Numbered from the whole stretch's first letter, positions 1 to 13,497 are shown. The stretch: DNA of 64,000 nucleotides, filler included, from Stramenopiles sp. TOSAG23-2 (GCA_900128395.1; 35 parts of 35 records of this genome joined end to end with filler, not necessarily neighbours in it); one strand, 5' to 3'. Numbers and translations: made by a program. Notes: generated by a model from the letters alone, not told the origin.

Positions 1-631
1 ATCTTTTTTCTTTTTCTTCTTTTTCACGCTACTAGTAGCACTTTCATCTATATATCTTGTTTTTTTGAATTGTATTATTTTAAAAAGAAGAATAATAATT
101 AATAATAATAATAATAATAATAAATCATAAATACACCTTAACCTATAAACCTCTATACCCTATACCACCATTAAGGTGCTTATAGCGCTTAGCTGGTTAG
201 CACGACTCTTTCTTTCGACGCAGACGACTACTATGGATTATCATTACGTATTAATAACAAAAATTAACCACGATCAAACATATTAAAATAGCATTGCATA
301 GCTGCTGCAGCAACTTAACTTATTTCGACTAACTAAACTCACGCATAAATAATAATAATATCTTTTAACAAAAAGCATGGACACACCATTGTGTTTGTAG
401 GTAAAATAAGAATAATAGTTTTCATTCATTCATTCATTTTTTTATAGATTTTGCATTTATATTAATATTAGTCCATTTTTTCACATCAAACATCTGCGTG
501 TGGATAGAATAGAAATAATAAAAACAACAAGAATACATGTATATATATACATACACACACACATATATATAATTCTCTTTATATAATATAATATTATAAA
601 GAATAAACAGTAGTATTTATAAAGAAACAAA

Positions 632-1690
632 ATGTCGGATGAACTTTCCAATAATTGGAAGGAAATGACTGATAAAAAATCAGGAAGGAAATTTTATTAC
701 AACACAGTTACGAAAAAAACACAATGGACATTACCAACCAAAGAAATAGATAGCAACGATACTAGCCAAACGACAACTACAGTAGCGTCATCATCATCAA
801 CAACTAAATCATCATCGTCTGATTGGAAAGAGATGACGGATAAAAAATCGGGGAAAAATTTTTATTACAATGTCAAAACGAAGAAAACACAATGGACAAA
901 ACCCGATATTGATGTTACACAAAATAATAATAATGATAACAATCATTCTACAACAACAACTGTTGCGTCGAGTAATGATAATGATAACAATAGCAATACA
1001 ACCGCTTCCTCAAAAACCGCAAGTGACTGGACAGCTAGAACGGACCCAAGCACCAATAGAGTCTATTATTTTAATAAACGCACTAATAAAACACAATGGG
1101 AAGAACCAGAAGAATTAAAAGCAACTAATATGACCACGCAATTAAATAAGAATACAACTTCTTCTGTTGTGGATACTACAGTGAAAACAAAAGATAATGA
1201 TAATACAAAGACATCATCATCATCATCATCCGATTGGAAAGAAATGACAGATAAGAAATCTGGTAGAGCATTTTATTATAATACAAAAACAAAGAAAACA
1301 CAATGGACTAAACCAGCAGGTGATAGTGATAATAGTGTGAAAGAAGACAAGAAAAAAAGCAAAACATCAACTGTTGATACTACAATTACGTCCGACACGC
1401 CACAAAAAAAAGAGCCAGTACCATCAACATCTTCTAGTACTTCCTCTCCATGGATAGAGAAAACGGATCCAAATTCTGGACGTGCATTTTATTACAATAA
1501 AGTTACAAAAAAGACTCAATGGGAAAAACCAGATGATTTTAAAAATAGCAAGATAGATGAAAGTGCTACTAGTAGCGTGAAAAAGAAGAAAAAGAAAAAA
1601 GATAAAAGTAAAAGTAAAAGTAAAACTTCTGAAGGCGAGAATGGTAAGAATGATGATTGGAAAGAAATGACTGATAAAACATCTGGTAGA
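632..1690 (+). CDS. Multi-WW-domain protein (five complete WW domains, sixth truncated), 3' partial
   Basis: Repeated W-x(2-4)-D-x2-(S/T)-x-(R/K)-x-(F/Y)Y(Y/F)N-x2-T-x-KTQW-x2-P units separated by S/T/N-rich linkers; the sixth repeat breaks off at about 1690. Confidence 0.9.
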
Positions 1691-1744
1691 GTATTGTTAT
1701 TAGCTGTTCATGTTGCAACTTCATCAACAAAATATGTAGTTCAT

Positions 1745-1844
1745 NNNNNNNNNNNNNNNNNNNNNNNNNNNNNNNNNNNNNNNNNNNNTTAATTAATTAA
1801 NNNNNNNNNNNNNNNNNNNNNNNNNNNNNNNNNNNNNNNNNNNN
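1745..1844. other. Artificial contig linker (N-run, TTAATTAATTAA, N-run); first of 34 such linkers
   Basis: The same 12-mer, giving stops in all six frames and flanked by N runs, recurs about every 1.83-1.84 kb; contig lengths decrease along the window. Confidence 0.98.
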
Positions 1845-2348
1845 GGGAAACATGTTGCAAAGAAAGCATTTGCAGAGTTGAATTGAAGGAGAGTGTGATT
1901 TAAATGTGTATTAGAGTGTGTATAAATATATTCGTATCATACAGAGTTCATTTTATTACGTAATATTACGCGAATATTTAAGTAGTGATGTTTGAGAGTT
2001 TGTGAAGTAGAAGTTAAAGAAGTGTTTTGAGAAAAATCGTATATACTCGTATGACCTACGAACATTCGTAAATTTTTATGATACTTCGTATGATATTATC
2101 ATATTACATTGCTCAATACTCAATCCCAAGAATAATATTCTATTACGAACGTATTTTCTACTTCGTACGAATATATGATAGTGAAGTTCTAATGCACGTC
2201 TGCAGTCTGCAAACTAATACTCAACAAGCACGATATCATATAATATACATGTATGTATATATATACCACAATAAATATATCGGAGATCTATATTTAAGAA
2301 CGCAGTTGGAAAAATGATATGCGAAGTAAATATATTTTACACTTGTTC

Positions 2349-3107
2349 TTACACCATAAAAACCTCATTGATTCTATTATTTTTATATACACTATAACGA
2401 TCTAAATGCAATGCCCCACCTTTTGCTACATATTTATAATCTATCAACAATTCATATCTTAAATATTCTTCTACTACACGTCGAATATTTGCTTTTTTAT
2501 TATTACTATGATTTCCTCTGCCAAGTATTACAATTAGATTTCGTTGACGATTTTCAATTTGAATTGTATGTAATACATATCGTATTCCACTTAATACAGA
2601 ATATCTATTATGTTGATGTAAATCAAAAATGTAGTTAGAAAGTTTTTCCTCGTTTACTTCTCCACCACGTTTCTTAATCCATTTATTATTGTTGTTATTA
2701 TTATTAAGCGGTTTTGCAATATTTATTTTATTTTGTTGTAACATTTGAAAATATAATAAATCACTAATATTTTCAGAATTGTTAAAATTTTCATTATTAT
2801 GGTTTATAGCATAAATTAATGAATGATATGAACTAGCATTTAACTGATCAATATTTTCATTGCATATATTTACAATTTCTTTCTTTATCACTGTTTCATT
2901 ATTATCACAATTATTATTATTATTAGTCAACATCAATTCAAATATGTTATGTTTAATTTTTTTATTCACGTCCTCATCCTTTGCAAAATTTGAAAATAAT
3001 TTTGAATAATTACTTTGAATCCTATTTTGTTGATAACAACAACCCGCTACTGTATATTGTTTCTTATTTACATTTTTTATATTATTAATTATTATTTGTT
3101 TCCACAT
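2349..3107 (-). CDS. Smr-domain protein
   Basis: C-terminal FDLHQH...IVILGRGNHS...VEEYL...GGALHLD matches the Smr/MutS2 C-terminal domain pattern. Confidence 0.75.
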   Translation of the reverse strand: MWKQIIINNIKNVNKKQYTVAGCCYQQNRIQSNYSKLFSNFAKDEDVNKKIKHNIFELMLTNNNNNCDNNETVIKKEIVNICNENIDQLNASSYHSLIYAINHNNENFNNSENISDLLYFQMLQQNKINIAKPLNNNNNNNKWIKKRGGEVNEEKLSNYIFDLHQHNRYSVLSGIRYVLHTIQIENRQRNLIVILGRGNHSNNKKANIRRVVEEYLRYELLIDYKYVAKGGALHLDRYSVYKNNRINEVFMV

Positions 3108-3523
3108 TTCTTATATATCGACACACCGAGAAAGAGAGAGAGATAAATCAATCAAAGTTATTATTCTTACTATTTACTACAAAACTATCTAAATCGTCAT
3201 CCACATAGGTATATATATTTTTTTGTTTTCTAAGAAGGGAGGAGTTAGGGTAAAATTGTTAATATAAATACGGTCAATTTTATGATAATGGGTTATGCTT
3301 GGTAGTATATAGTTCATCACATTCATAGCCATAATTATTTTGAATATATATAATATAGTTTTTTAATTATTATTATTTTTTACATATACATAGAGAGATA
3401 TAGGATGGAAAAGGAGACAAGGAGAAATAGAATAATATATACAAGATATATTCTTATTATTCATACATTTCTAATATTATTATTACGTATATTGAAAGAA
3501 AGTGTGATATATAGAAAAACAAA

Positions 3524-3587
3524 ATGAAAGTATTATTTGTAATTGCAATCGCATTGTGCGCAATGGTTTGTGATGCACAAGTTGCAC
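3524..3587 (+). CDS. N-terminus of a secreted protein (signal peptide only, contig edge)
   Basis: MKVLFVIAIALCAMVCDAQVA: basic, hydrophobic and cleavage-like segments. Confidence 0.45.
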
Positions 3588-3697
3588 NNNNNNNNNNNNN
3601 NNNNNNNNNNNNNNNNNNNNNNNNNNNNNNNTTAATTAATTAANNNNNNNNNNNNNNNNNNNNNNNNNNNNNNNNNNNNNNNNNNNNTATCAAAATA

Positions 3698-4342
3698 ATG
3701 ACAAAAGTGACAAATAATAAAGCATATCAAACAAGACCTAAAAAGAAAGCATACAAACACACGTTTCCAATCACATGGTTAACAAAAGATAATGCAATTG
3801 GAAAATGCCCCAAAGCCAATATTTATGCCATGAAAACATTTGATTATGTAACAACGTATGCGTATGCTGATGCAATGCCAATAACTGGGACAACAACAAA
3901 AATACTTTGGCTGAAGCCAGACAAACAAGTTCCTAAACAAACTGCTAGAAAATGGCTAATAAAAAAAACAAGTGGTATACCTAATTCAGGTTTTGGCGTA
4001 TTTTCCGCACGTCCATTTGAAGTAGGTGATTTAATATCTAAATATATTGGTATAACAGCAAATTTAAATACAAAAACTGGGAAAAAGAAAGCAAAGGAAT
4101 GGGAACGATTATCTTCATTGCACAGACAATATCGAATGATAATACAATCAGGAAACAGAAATCTTATGGTTGCAGGTCAATCAAATAAAGATTACCTTTT
4201 TGCACACTTTTTTCAACACTCAAATACACCCAATTGTGTTGTTGATCGTAAAACTGGCATAATATCTGCTAGAGAAAATATACCTAGAAATACAGAATTG
4301 ACAATAAAATATGCCGAAAATATGAAAAATTGGGGATTCTAA
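3698..4342 (+). CDS. SET-domain protein (lysine methyltransferase-like)
   Basis: SGIPNSGFGVFSARPFEVGDLISKYIG, AHFFQHSNTPNC and ARENIPRNTELTIKY are the SET motifs. Confidence 0.85.
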   Translation: MTKVTNNKAYQTRPKKKAYKHTFPITWLTKDNAIGKCPKANIYAMKTFDYVTTYAYADAMPITGTTTKILWLKPDKQVPKQTARKWLIKKTSGIPNSGFGVFSARPFEVGDLISKYIGITANLNTKTGKKKAKEWERLSSLHRQYRMIIQSGNRNLMVAGQSNKDYLFAHFFQHSNTPNCVVDRKTGIISARENIPRNTELTIKYAENMKNWGF

Positions 4343-4743
4343 TACTGGGACACCGGTGTAAATGACTCAAATTCACCCAATTATGTTGTTGATCGTAAAA
4401 CTGGCGTAGTATCTGCTAGAGAAAATATACGTAGAAATACAAAATTGACAATAAAATATGCCGAAAATATGAAAAATTGGGGATTCTACTGGGACACAGG
4501 TGTAAATGACAAGAGTTGAAAAAAAAAAATTAAACAGAAAGAATAATAAACAGGAATAATGAATATTGATCAAATGAATATATTATCATATATATTATTT
4601 TTAATTGATGCATAATTTATATATTAAATGTAATATATGGATATATGTCATTATTTTTTTAAAAAATTATAATAATATGATGGTTAAAATCTAAGTAAAA
4701 ATATTAAAATACGGTTTGTACAAAGTTCGTATGTTATAAAATT

Positions 4744-5223
4744 TAGTGATGGCAAACGGCACGGGCGCCGCCGGCAGTTCTTTTGGTGCCGACGGCGCCG
4801 TTTGTTTACCTTAAAATTCTATATTTTTTGTGATATTTTTTGCTTTCTGGTAGGATTTTAATGCTGTGCAGTGTATTTTAATGCTATCACAGTCCAAGGG
4901 CCTCAATTATTATTTCCGATAAAGCCAAAAATTTACATATAATATCCTAAAATATAATATAATAATTACACTATATAGCATTATATTGAAATAAATAATA
5001 TTACTACTATTATCCTTATATTTAAATATTTGGAATTATGGTAATATAACCTCTTAATTACAATAACAGTGCTATGTCCAAAAATAGCAGGTAAATATCA
5101 TTACAAAAAATATCATAGTATGAAATAGCATTACAACCTTAAATGCCCGTTTGTGCCGCCGGTTGTTATTTTGAATCCGCCGGCGCCGCCGTTTGTGAAA
5201 AACCGCGCCGTATGCCATCACTA
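4744..5223. mobile_element. Non-autonomous TIR element (MITE), hAT-like ends
   Basis: Left end TAGTGATGGCAAACGGCACGG; right end reverse-complements to TAGTGATGGCATACGGCGCGG (19/21). GC-rich subterminal GCCG/CGGC repeats flank an AT-rich core. Confidence 0.8.
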
Positions 5224-5988
5224 ATTAAAATTACATATTATAATAATAATATCATAGGATATAATATATACAAAGGTATATAGTTTTTTATTTACTTGTT
5301 TTTTGCCTTTTTGTTAATTTTTGACATTGATGATGATCCACTTTGTTGTTCATCATAAGTCACACTGTCTTCTTTGAAACGTCGTTTTTTGTTTGATGTC
5401 ATAGATGTTTTAACATCCTCCATTAAATACNNNNNNNNNNNNNNNNNNNNNNNNNNNNNNNNNNNNNNNNNNNNTTAATTAATTAANNNNNNNNNNNNNN
5501 NNNNNNNNNNNNNNNNNNNNNNNNNNNNNNCTAAACGTTTTGGAGATAGTTTAGTTTATATTAAAAAACAAAATAAACAATGTAAAAGACAGCCATGCCA
5601 AATTTAATTGATTTATATATATAATATAAGCGGTGTAAATAATAAATAATCGCAAAAAAAGGCTTAGGGTAGTCTATTAAAAGTGTTTGTTCTCTCTTGC
5701 AAGGGAGAATAATATTTAAAAATCTAAAATCTAATATTTCTCGAAATAAAGAGAGATTGTGTCAGAAAAAAAAAGAGGAATTTTGTGTGTGTACATTATT
5801 CTTAAAAAATCTACGTTCGTATATTTATGAATTTTATCCACACTATACATTAGTTGTGTACGTCACAGGGTCCTCATTTTAAGTCTTATAATATAAAGTG
5901 CTTTAAATTGTTTCTAGTATATAAATAATAATAATACTATACAAACCTTTCATTATATGTGGTCCACGTATTATTGATTTGAACAACA

Positions 5989-6234
5989 TCAATCCGTTGG
6001 ATAATAATATTTCTTCTTTTCTTTTTCATATAAATACCCTTTTGTACCACCTAATCTTTCCCTTTGCCTCATACGTTCGTATTGGTATTTCAACGGATCA
6101 CTCATATCTATTGTTGGTATTCGTGTTAATGTTAAATCATTATCATCTTCCTCATCGCCGCTACTTTCTTCATCCATATCTAAACGTTTTAATTTTTTCA
6201 ATGCATTTTTAGATTTTTTACCTTTCTTCATCAA
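5989..6234 (-). CDS. Small basic/acidic hypothetical protein or exon
   Basis: Open frame with protein-like charged composition; no family recognised. Confidence 0.35.
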   Translation of the reverse strand: MMKKGKKSKNALKKLKRLDMDEESSGDEEDDNDLTLTRIPTIDMSDPLKYQYERMRQRERLGGTKGYLYEKEKKKYYYPTD

Positions 6235-7373
6235 TTCTTCTCTAATTTTTTTTTTTTGATAATATTTATAATATAATAATTAATTATTATTTTTTGGGAG
6301 AAAGAAGAAGAAGAAGAAGAGTTAGTGTGCCAGGTGTGGTTGTAGTTTTATAAATATTATAGCATAATTTTATACTTTTTAGAATATGTTTAAATGATTT
6401 TTTTAGAAATTTAGGAAAACGTAAATATTATAAGCTATATGTACATCTATTTTCTCTCTATGAGGTTCGTGGAGATCTTTATATGCCTGTACGTATTTCT
6501 GCAATCTTTCCGTCCATTTAGCCTAAATATATCTCTTAATGTATTACGATGGATTTGTATATTACCTAAAATGGTGCTTTTGCAGCGACGGAAGTATTTT
6601 TGCTAAAACTTTCACGAAATTCTTTTTGTTCATAATAACCAGAAGTGAAATTTCTGGTATCAACATTTCTTTGTGTATTTGTAGTTGCTGGGTTTTGTCC
6701 AATTCTATCCATGTTCGATTTGAATTTTTTTTAATTAATTTGTTAATAATATAATATTGTGTGTGTGTATATGTTATATATGTAATATGTATGTATTTGT
6801 TAGATTTACATTTGGTCATATACCAGTGTATATATTTTATATTAGCATCACTATATATAATATTAGCACATTAATAACCTGGATGGGCGGGATCTATTTT
6901 TACCACAACCACATCATGTGCTCATGCTTCTTATATTTATAAACGGATAATAATTATATATTTTAAGGCATACTGGCATACAGACTTCGCAAACTGTAAG
7001 GGTCTTTGCAAACGAAACTTCGCGTGTACTCTACGCCTAACAACACCAAAAATAGCACCAGGTGAGCCCCAGACCAATAGTCTAAATATATGAGCCTATT
7101 ATATGCTATCTTTTATAACACTATTTTTAGTGCAGATGATGCTGTCATGCTATGAATTATTGAAAGCAAATAAAAGCTACGATATTATTAATTTTTTATT
7201 AATTTTAAAAATAATTTTTTAAATATTTTAAATATTTTTTAACTCATCTTACTTAATCGCCATTGGAATACAANNNNNNNNNNNNNNNNNNNNNNNNNNN
7301 NNNNNNNNNNNNNNNNNTTAATTAATTAANNNNNNNNNNNNNNNNNNNNNNNNNNNNNNNNNNNNNNNNNNNN

Positions 7374-8469
7374 ATTAAAGACATTAAAAAATTCAAAGAA
7401 CAAATTAAAAGTGGGAATATTGATGCAGATTTTTGGAAACAAAAATATCCTGATTTAGATTTACATGCATATTTTATAAAACATGGATTTCTGAAGCAAG
7501 TAACAAATATCAATTATGTTAAAACTGCAGTAACAGATTTTGTTAATGTAACGAAGAAGACTGGGGATGATGTAAATGAAGAGAAAGAAGTTGTCAAGCT
7601 AAAGAAATGTGTCGGAAAAATGTACAAGTTAAAGTTATACGGTAGCCGAATGAAAGAAAGAGTTGAGAAGTATATGGATTTCTGCAGTAAATTTGAAGGT
7701 AAAAAGGCCCGTAAATGTATTAAAAAGAGCTATCGCATCTTGGTAACATTGAAAGGCACCGCATTTACTATTGATGATCGTAGTAAATTATTTAAAAGAT
7801 TTGTAAAGAAATTTGGAAACTCGTTTAATAATAATACAATTACAGAAACAAAACATAGTGATAAATGTTGCGTTTTTAAAAAAATTGATGCCAAAGAAAA
7901 ATATATTTAATAATAAAATTACTGAATCAACATCAAATAATCAATGTTGGAAAAAAGGTAAAGATCGTACAAAAACATTTACATGTAAAAGTGAATTAGC
8001 TAAATTAGGATTAAAAGAATATATTCTTACTAAAACATCAAAGAAAGGTAATGATGAAAGACGTCGTTTATTATCAAAAGTAAGAATGGATTGGGATGAG
8101 GCATGGTCTAGTTTTATATCGCCAACAAATATTAAATCACATGAAGATAACGATGGTATATGTAACGTCCATAATAGTTTAAGTGGTGTTAAAGTTGATG
8201 CAGATGGTTCATATTCATTTTCATGTACAAAATCACCAGATTTATGTGATTGTATAAGTCAAGTTGGTACTGGTAGTACAAGTGCTGATACGCAATATTT
8301 TATGAATGGCAATATGGGTATTTCTTTAGGTGTTTTTAAAGATAACGGGGCAGCTACATATGAGATATGTGAGGTTAATGGTGAATGTTTTGCATATGGC
8401 GATGTGAATGATGGGAAGAATGATAGAAGAAGAAGGAGATTATTAGGTCGCCAGAGCAGGGGCAGTTAA
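7374..8469 (+). CDS. Cys-rich, probably secreted protein, 5' partial, with a frame break near 7900
   Basis: Overlapping ORFs 7620-7910 and 7813-8469, rich in Cys, with RRRLL motifs. Confidence 0.5.
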
Positions 8470-8720
8470 AAATTAAATCCATTTTAATTTTAAAAAAATA
8501 TGCATTAGGTAATGTGATAATTACGAGAATGAATACGCGTAAGATTTTAACCATCATTAAATTACCAAAACCATATACGATGGTTAAAATCTAAGTTATA
8601 ATATTTTTACACTTCTACCAAAATCTAAGTGTTATAATATTTTTACACTTCTACCAAAACCATTATTTTAAAAATATGCATATTTTGAAGCAGCGCCATA
8701 AAATATTTTATTTTTACTTT

Positions 8721-9115
8721 TTACTTCTCTTCGCAATCACCACCATCATACTTGCATGCAGCTGAATCGCATTCACGATCACAAATATTGTCTTCAATGA
8801 AAATATCTTGGCAATATATTGAGCATTGTGCAATACAACCGACTTTATTTGGTTTTATAAGACCCTGAAGTTTTTCAGAGGCTTTGCTATTAATCCACCC
8901 ATTTGAACATATAGGGTTGTTATGAAGATAAATATTTTCTAGTGCATTTAATGACTCGAGACTATTGGGAAGAGCCCCAACAGCATTATTTCTAATATCA
9001 AAATCTACAAGGTTTACTAAATCTCCCACTTCGGTGGGTATATTTGTGATGTTGCCATTATTGTTTAATCGAAAAAATCGAAGTGACGTTGCTTCGCCAA
9101 TTTCTTTTGATTTAA
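8721..9115 (-). CDS. LRR protein with C-terminal LNR (Lin-12/Notch) repeat, 5' partial
   Basis: LxxLxxFDIRNNxVxxLPxSLxxLxxLxxIYLHNNP leucine-rich repeats, then CQDIFIEDNICDRECDSAACKYDGGDC (LNR pattern). Confidence 0.8.
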
Positions 9116-9215
9116 NNNNNNNNNNNNNNNNNNNNNNNNNNNNNNNNNNNNNNNNNNNNTTAATTAATTAANNNNNNNNNNNNNNNNNNNNNNNNNNNNN
9201 NNNNNNNNNNNNNNN

Positions 9216-10948
9216 TGCTGTTGCATCATTCGTTGCTGTTGCATCATCATTTGTTGACGTTGCTGTTGTTGTTGTTGAAATGCAGCCTGTTGTGAAAATG
9301 CATTCGGCATACCACCTCTTGGTAGTGCTCTGCCGCCATTTCCAAATGGTTGTTGTTGGTTAAACATTTGCTGCCCACCTCTTGGAAATTGTTGTTGTTG
9401 CTGCTGGCGTTGCTGAGGTGGCATTTGGTTGAAACCTTGTTGGTTAAACATACCTTGTGGGCCACGTGGGGGCATCATCCCTCCCCGAGGTGGCATTTGT
9501 TGTTGTTGACGTGGTGCTGGTGGCATTTGTTGTTGTTGCTGGCCAAATGCATTTGGCATGTTATTATTTGGCATGCCATTGTTCGGCATTCCGCCAAACG
9601 GATTGTTAAATTGTTGCTGTTGCGCCGGTGGCATTTGCTGTTGTTGATTGTTGTTGTTATTATTATTTCGTGGAGGTGAACTACCAAATGGATTTCCAAC
9701 GTCTGCTCCTTGTGGTTGACCATTTCCAGGTTGACGGCCAAGTGCAATTTCGTTACCAACGATAGAATTTTTTTGTGCATTTAAATCATTCGTTACTAAA
9801 TCTTCAAATGCCGAGAAAACATCTGCACCACTAGGTTGTTTGGTAATAGGTTTACTATCACCACTATCAGTAGTCCCTGTTTGGTCATTCTTGCCACTTG
9901 TTTGGCCCATTGGTTGAAGTGGTGCCATAGGCGTCAATGGATTACCCATACCAATAGTATTATTGTTATTAGTACTACCAAATGCATCGAAACCACCACT
10001 ATTATTTGGAGCATTGTTAGTAGCACTGCTGAAATTACCAAAATCATTATTATCGAATCCATTACTACTATTATTGTTGTTGTTGTTATTATTATTATTC
10101 ATGCTATTGTTGTTGCTACCAAACGCATCAAATCCACCAAAGTCATTATTGTTGCTTTGTTGCTGCTGTTGTTGTTGTGGCGGTTGTTGGTTACTATTCC
10201 CAGACGACCAATCAAGATCAAATAAATCTTCTGTTTGTGGTGCTGAGTTGCTGTTGTTGTTGTTGCTACTATCTTTTTTCTTTTTCTTACTTTTACTTTT
10301 TTTTTGTTTCACATCATTCTCCTCAAATGTAAAATTGTCTAAGCCAGCACTTAAATCATCACTGTTGCCGCTCTTACTTTTACGACGTGCCTCCTTCAAA
10401 GCTTTTTTCTCCGCTTTTCTACGTGCTCTTCTTTTTTCTTTGGAGTCTTCTTCAAAGTCTTCGTTATTGTCAGTAAAGTTATCATTAAAATTATTATTGT
10501 TGTTGTTGTCGTTACTACCCCAATCATCATCTGCATCACCATTATCAACATCTTTGTTTTTTGACTTTTTGCTTTTTTTCTTCTTGTACCAAACTTTCTC
10601 GACGTATTTTTTGCGAATGAATTCTCGTATTTTTGGTATGTCATTGCCATCGGGCTCTGGGTAATCTTTTGGACTCCAACGTGCCATCCAAAGTTTTCTA
10701 GCAGCTTTGTTCCCACCTGTATCCAAATCATTCACTTGCTCCCATGTAAACTTTGACATAGATATACCTAAGGCACGATGTTGAAATTCACGATGTACAC
10801 CACTGCAAGCACTACATACGAAAATATTGAAATTCATCACGACATATCGTGGACCTTTCTCCAAGCAATCCATACATCTTCTATTTTCACTACGTTTTGT
10901 AATTTCTTTTAACTTCGCTTCAATTTTAGCTTCTAATTTTTTATTCAC
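9216..10948 (-). CDS. ArfGAP-domain protein (AGFG/Hrb-like) with NPF motifs and Q/N-rich tail
   Basis: CMDC...FVCSACSGVHR zinc finger, GN..AR..W, IREFIRKKYVEKVW; NPF motifs downstream. Confidence 0.9.
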
Positions 10949-11999
10949 TTTATTTTTNNNNNNNNNNNNNNNNNNNNNNNNNNNNNNNNNNNNNNNNNNN
11001 NTTAATTAATTAANNNNNNNNNNNNNNNNNNNNNNNNNNNNNNNNNNNNNNNNNNNNTCCATGTAAACGTTTAAAATTTTCAGAAAATGCTGACATTATT
11101 TATTATTTTTTTGTTACAACAAAAGAAAATTTATTTTTTAAATCAAATTTATATATATATATGCAAATACACACAACAAATATTCAAACAATATATATAT
11201 ATATATATATATATGATATAATGTTTGGTTTTCTATACAAAAAATTAAAGATTATAAAAAGTGATTAAATAAAACAATACCAAAACAAAGATAAAATGAT
11301 CAATATATATTAAATCTTGTCTTTGTATATCATCAAATACAGAGAATTACAAAATGCAAATCCTCTCTCTAACTTATATATATTGTTTGTAAAATCTACA
11401 GTATCTATTATCCAAGAAGATGAAGTGTGTTGCAAGGATGGATGGCCTGATGGGTCTGCATCTAATGCTATTAGACTGCTAATTTAAAGGATATGAAACT
11501 GCTGTAATTTCTTCGCGCAAAATCGATATTCTTGTCAACACATCTAATTAAGGTAAAATTATACATACGATATGGTGTTGAAAGTATATATGGACTATTA
11601 AACATAATTAATTGAGAGGTAGTTAATTTTACCTTAATTAGACTTGTTGACAAGAATACACATTTTAGAGGATGATGACTCCGCAAAATCCATTGTCCAT
11701 TGTTACCATAACATGGATATAGCATCCAAGATTGACATACATATTTGATAGATATATTTAATAGATATATTTAGTATATAATAAGTACGAAGTGAAGAAC
11801 GTTATAATTTCACTTCACGCACATACATTTTTTTACCAAAAATATATTATTGAAATATAAGAATGTTATAGTATAAGAGCAAAGAGAGAAAGATTGGTAG
11901 TTGTGTAGCTCTACAATCACATTCGTACTGTTTGTGAATAATTATTGTGAATAACAATTATTATTGTGAGTAAGTATTATTAATTTTTCAATAAATAAT

Positions 12000-12306
12000 A
12001 TGCCATTTACGGAATTTAATATCATACCATCTCCACCATGTACCAATATATCTGAGTTACCAAATGATCTTATTATTGAAATTTTTACATATTTAGTCTT
12101 TGATGATTTGCAAGATTGTACAGGTGTCGATAAAATGTTTCATAGTAACGTCATGGAAGCACTTAAATTTTTAATATTGATAAAACAAATAACACCAGCA
12201 TATTATGTAGAAAGTCGTGTGTCATACAAATTAGCACGGGTAAGATTAGGAATAAATACTGGAATCAAAATTATTAATAATGATATAAACAATAAGAAAA
12301 AAAGTA

Positions 12307-12345
<39 letters not shown>

Positions 12346-12798
12346 TATTGACACATTATCCGAATAACAACAACAACAACAACAACACCAATAGGGAAAT
12401 AATATTTTCTGTAGGTAATTCTAAGAACAACAATGATAAGGTAAATGTAAAAACAACTCGTATAAATCATAAACATGCGAAAAAATGGAAAATTTCAACA
12501 AGTAAAAAACGCAATAATCATCCTAATATAAATAAAAAAAAAACATTAACATCGTTACCAAATGTTATGCCAGGTATGATGAAAAAAAATAATAATAATA
12601 ATTTTTATACTACTACTACTACTACTACTACTATGAAAAAAACATGTTCAATGAAGAAAAAGAAAAACAAGAAACAATTGATATCTAAAAGTAAAAAACG
12701 CTATATGATGATGATGAAATCTACAAATAATAAATCAACAAAATTTAACGATATACGTACATTAAATGTTCAAAAAGAAATTCAAAATATTGAAAAAG
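12000..12798 (+). CDS. F-box protein, 3' partial
   Basis: ISELPNDLIIEIFTYLVFDDLQDCTGVDKMF F-box motif followed by low-complexity sequence. Confidence 0.7.
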
Positions 12799-12898
12799 NN
12801 NNNNNNNNNNNNNNNNNNNNNNNNNNNNNNNNNNNNNNNNNNTTAATTAATTAANNNNNNNNNNNNNNNNNNNNNNNNNNNNNNNNNNNNNNNNNNNN

Positions 12899-13323
12899 AA
12901 ATATTTAATTGAACAAGGTGAAGCTGATCCTAATATTGCAGATAGTTATGGAAATAATGCATTACATTATGCAGTATGGTATAACAGTACAAATACTGAG
13001 TTAATTGAATTGTTATTAACTCATATGTCTCTTGATAGCATTAATAAGAAGGACGGGGGGGGAGACACTCCCCTGGACTGTGCATATGATGATAATCATA
13101 GTCCAATTCGCCAAGAGATCATTGCACTTTTACGTTTAAAAGGTGGAAAAGCAAATTATCATGATGAAAATGGTAGAAATGTAGGAGAAGGTAATGGTGA
13201 TTTAATCATAGTCCAATTCGCCAAGAGATCATTGCACTTTTACGTTTAAAAGGTGGAAAAGCAAATTATCATGATGAAAATGGTAGAAATGTAGGAGAAG
13301 GTAATGGCGATTTAAATCATTGA
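12899..13323 (+). CDS. Ankyrin-repeat protein C-terminus (interrupted by a local duplication)
   Basis: ADPNIADSYGNNALHYA and GDTPLDCA ankyrin motifs. Confidence 0.75.
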
Positions 13324-13497
13324 ACAAAATCAAAGTATAAAAATACGAACACGTGTATAGAGGAGAGGGAGAAAGAAAATTATGGATATATGCATATCTA
13401 ACCATTATTAGTAAAAATATAAATATGAAAATATGATGTGTAAAATATTAAAAATATAAAAAATATACACACGATATTATGAAAAAATCTTTAATCT

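Noticed and set aside
170-235. GCTTAGCTGGTTAGCAC segment resembling a tRNA D-arm
   Set aside because: No matching T-arm or acceptor stem found on either strand, with or without GT-AG removal.
9247-10731. Long alternative-frame and antisense ORFs over the ArfGAP gene (similarly over other genes)
   Set aside because: Shadow ORFs produced by trinucleotide low-complexity coding sequence.
13094-13320. Near-exact local duplications (also 41395-41590, 47911-48170, and near 26925) causing frameshifts
   Set aside because: They truncate otherwise intact genes and are most simply amplification or assembly chimeras, not programmed frameshifting.
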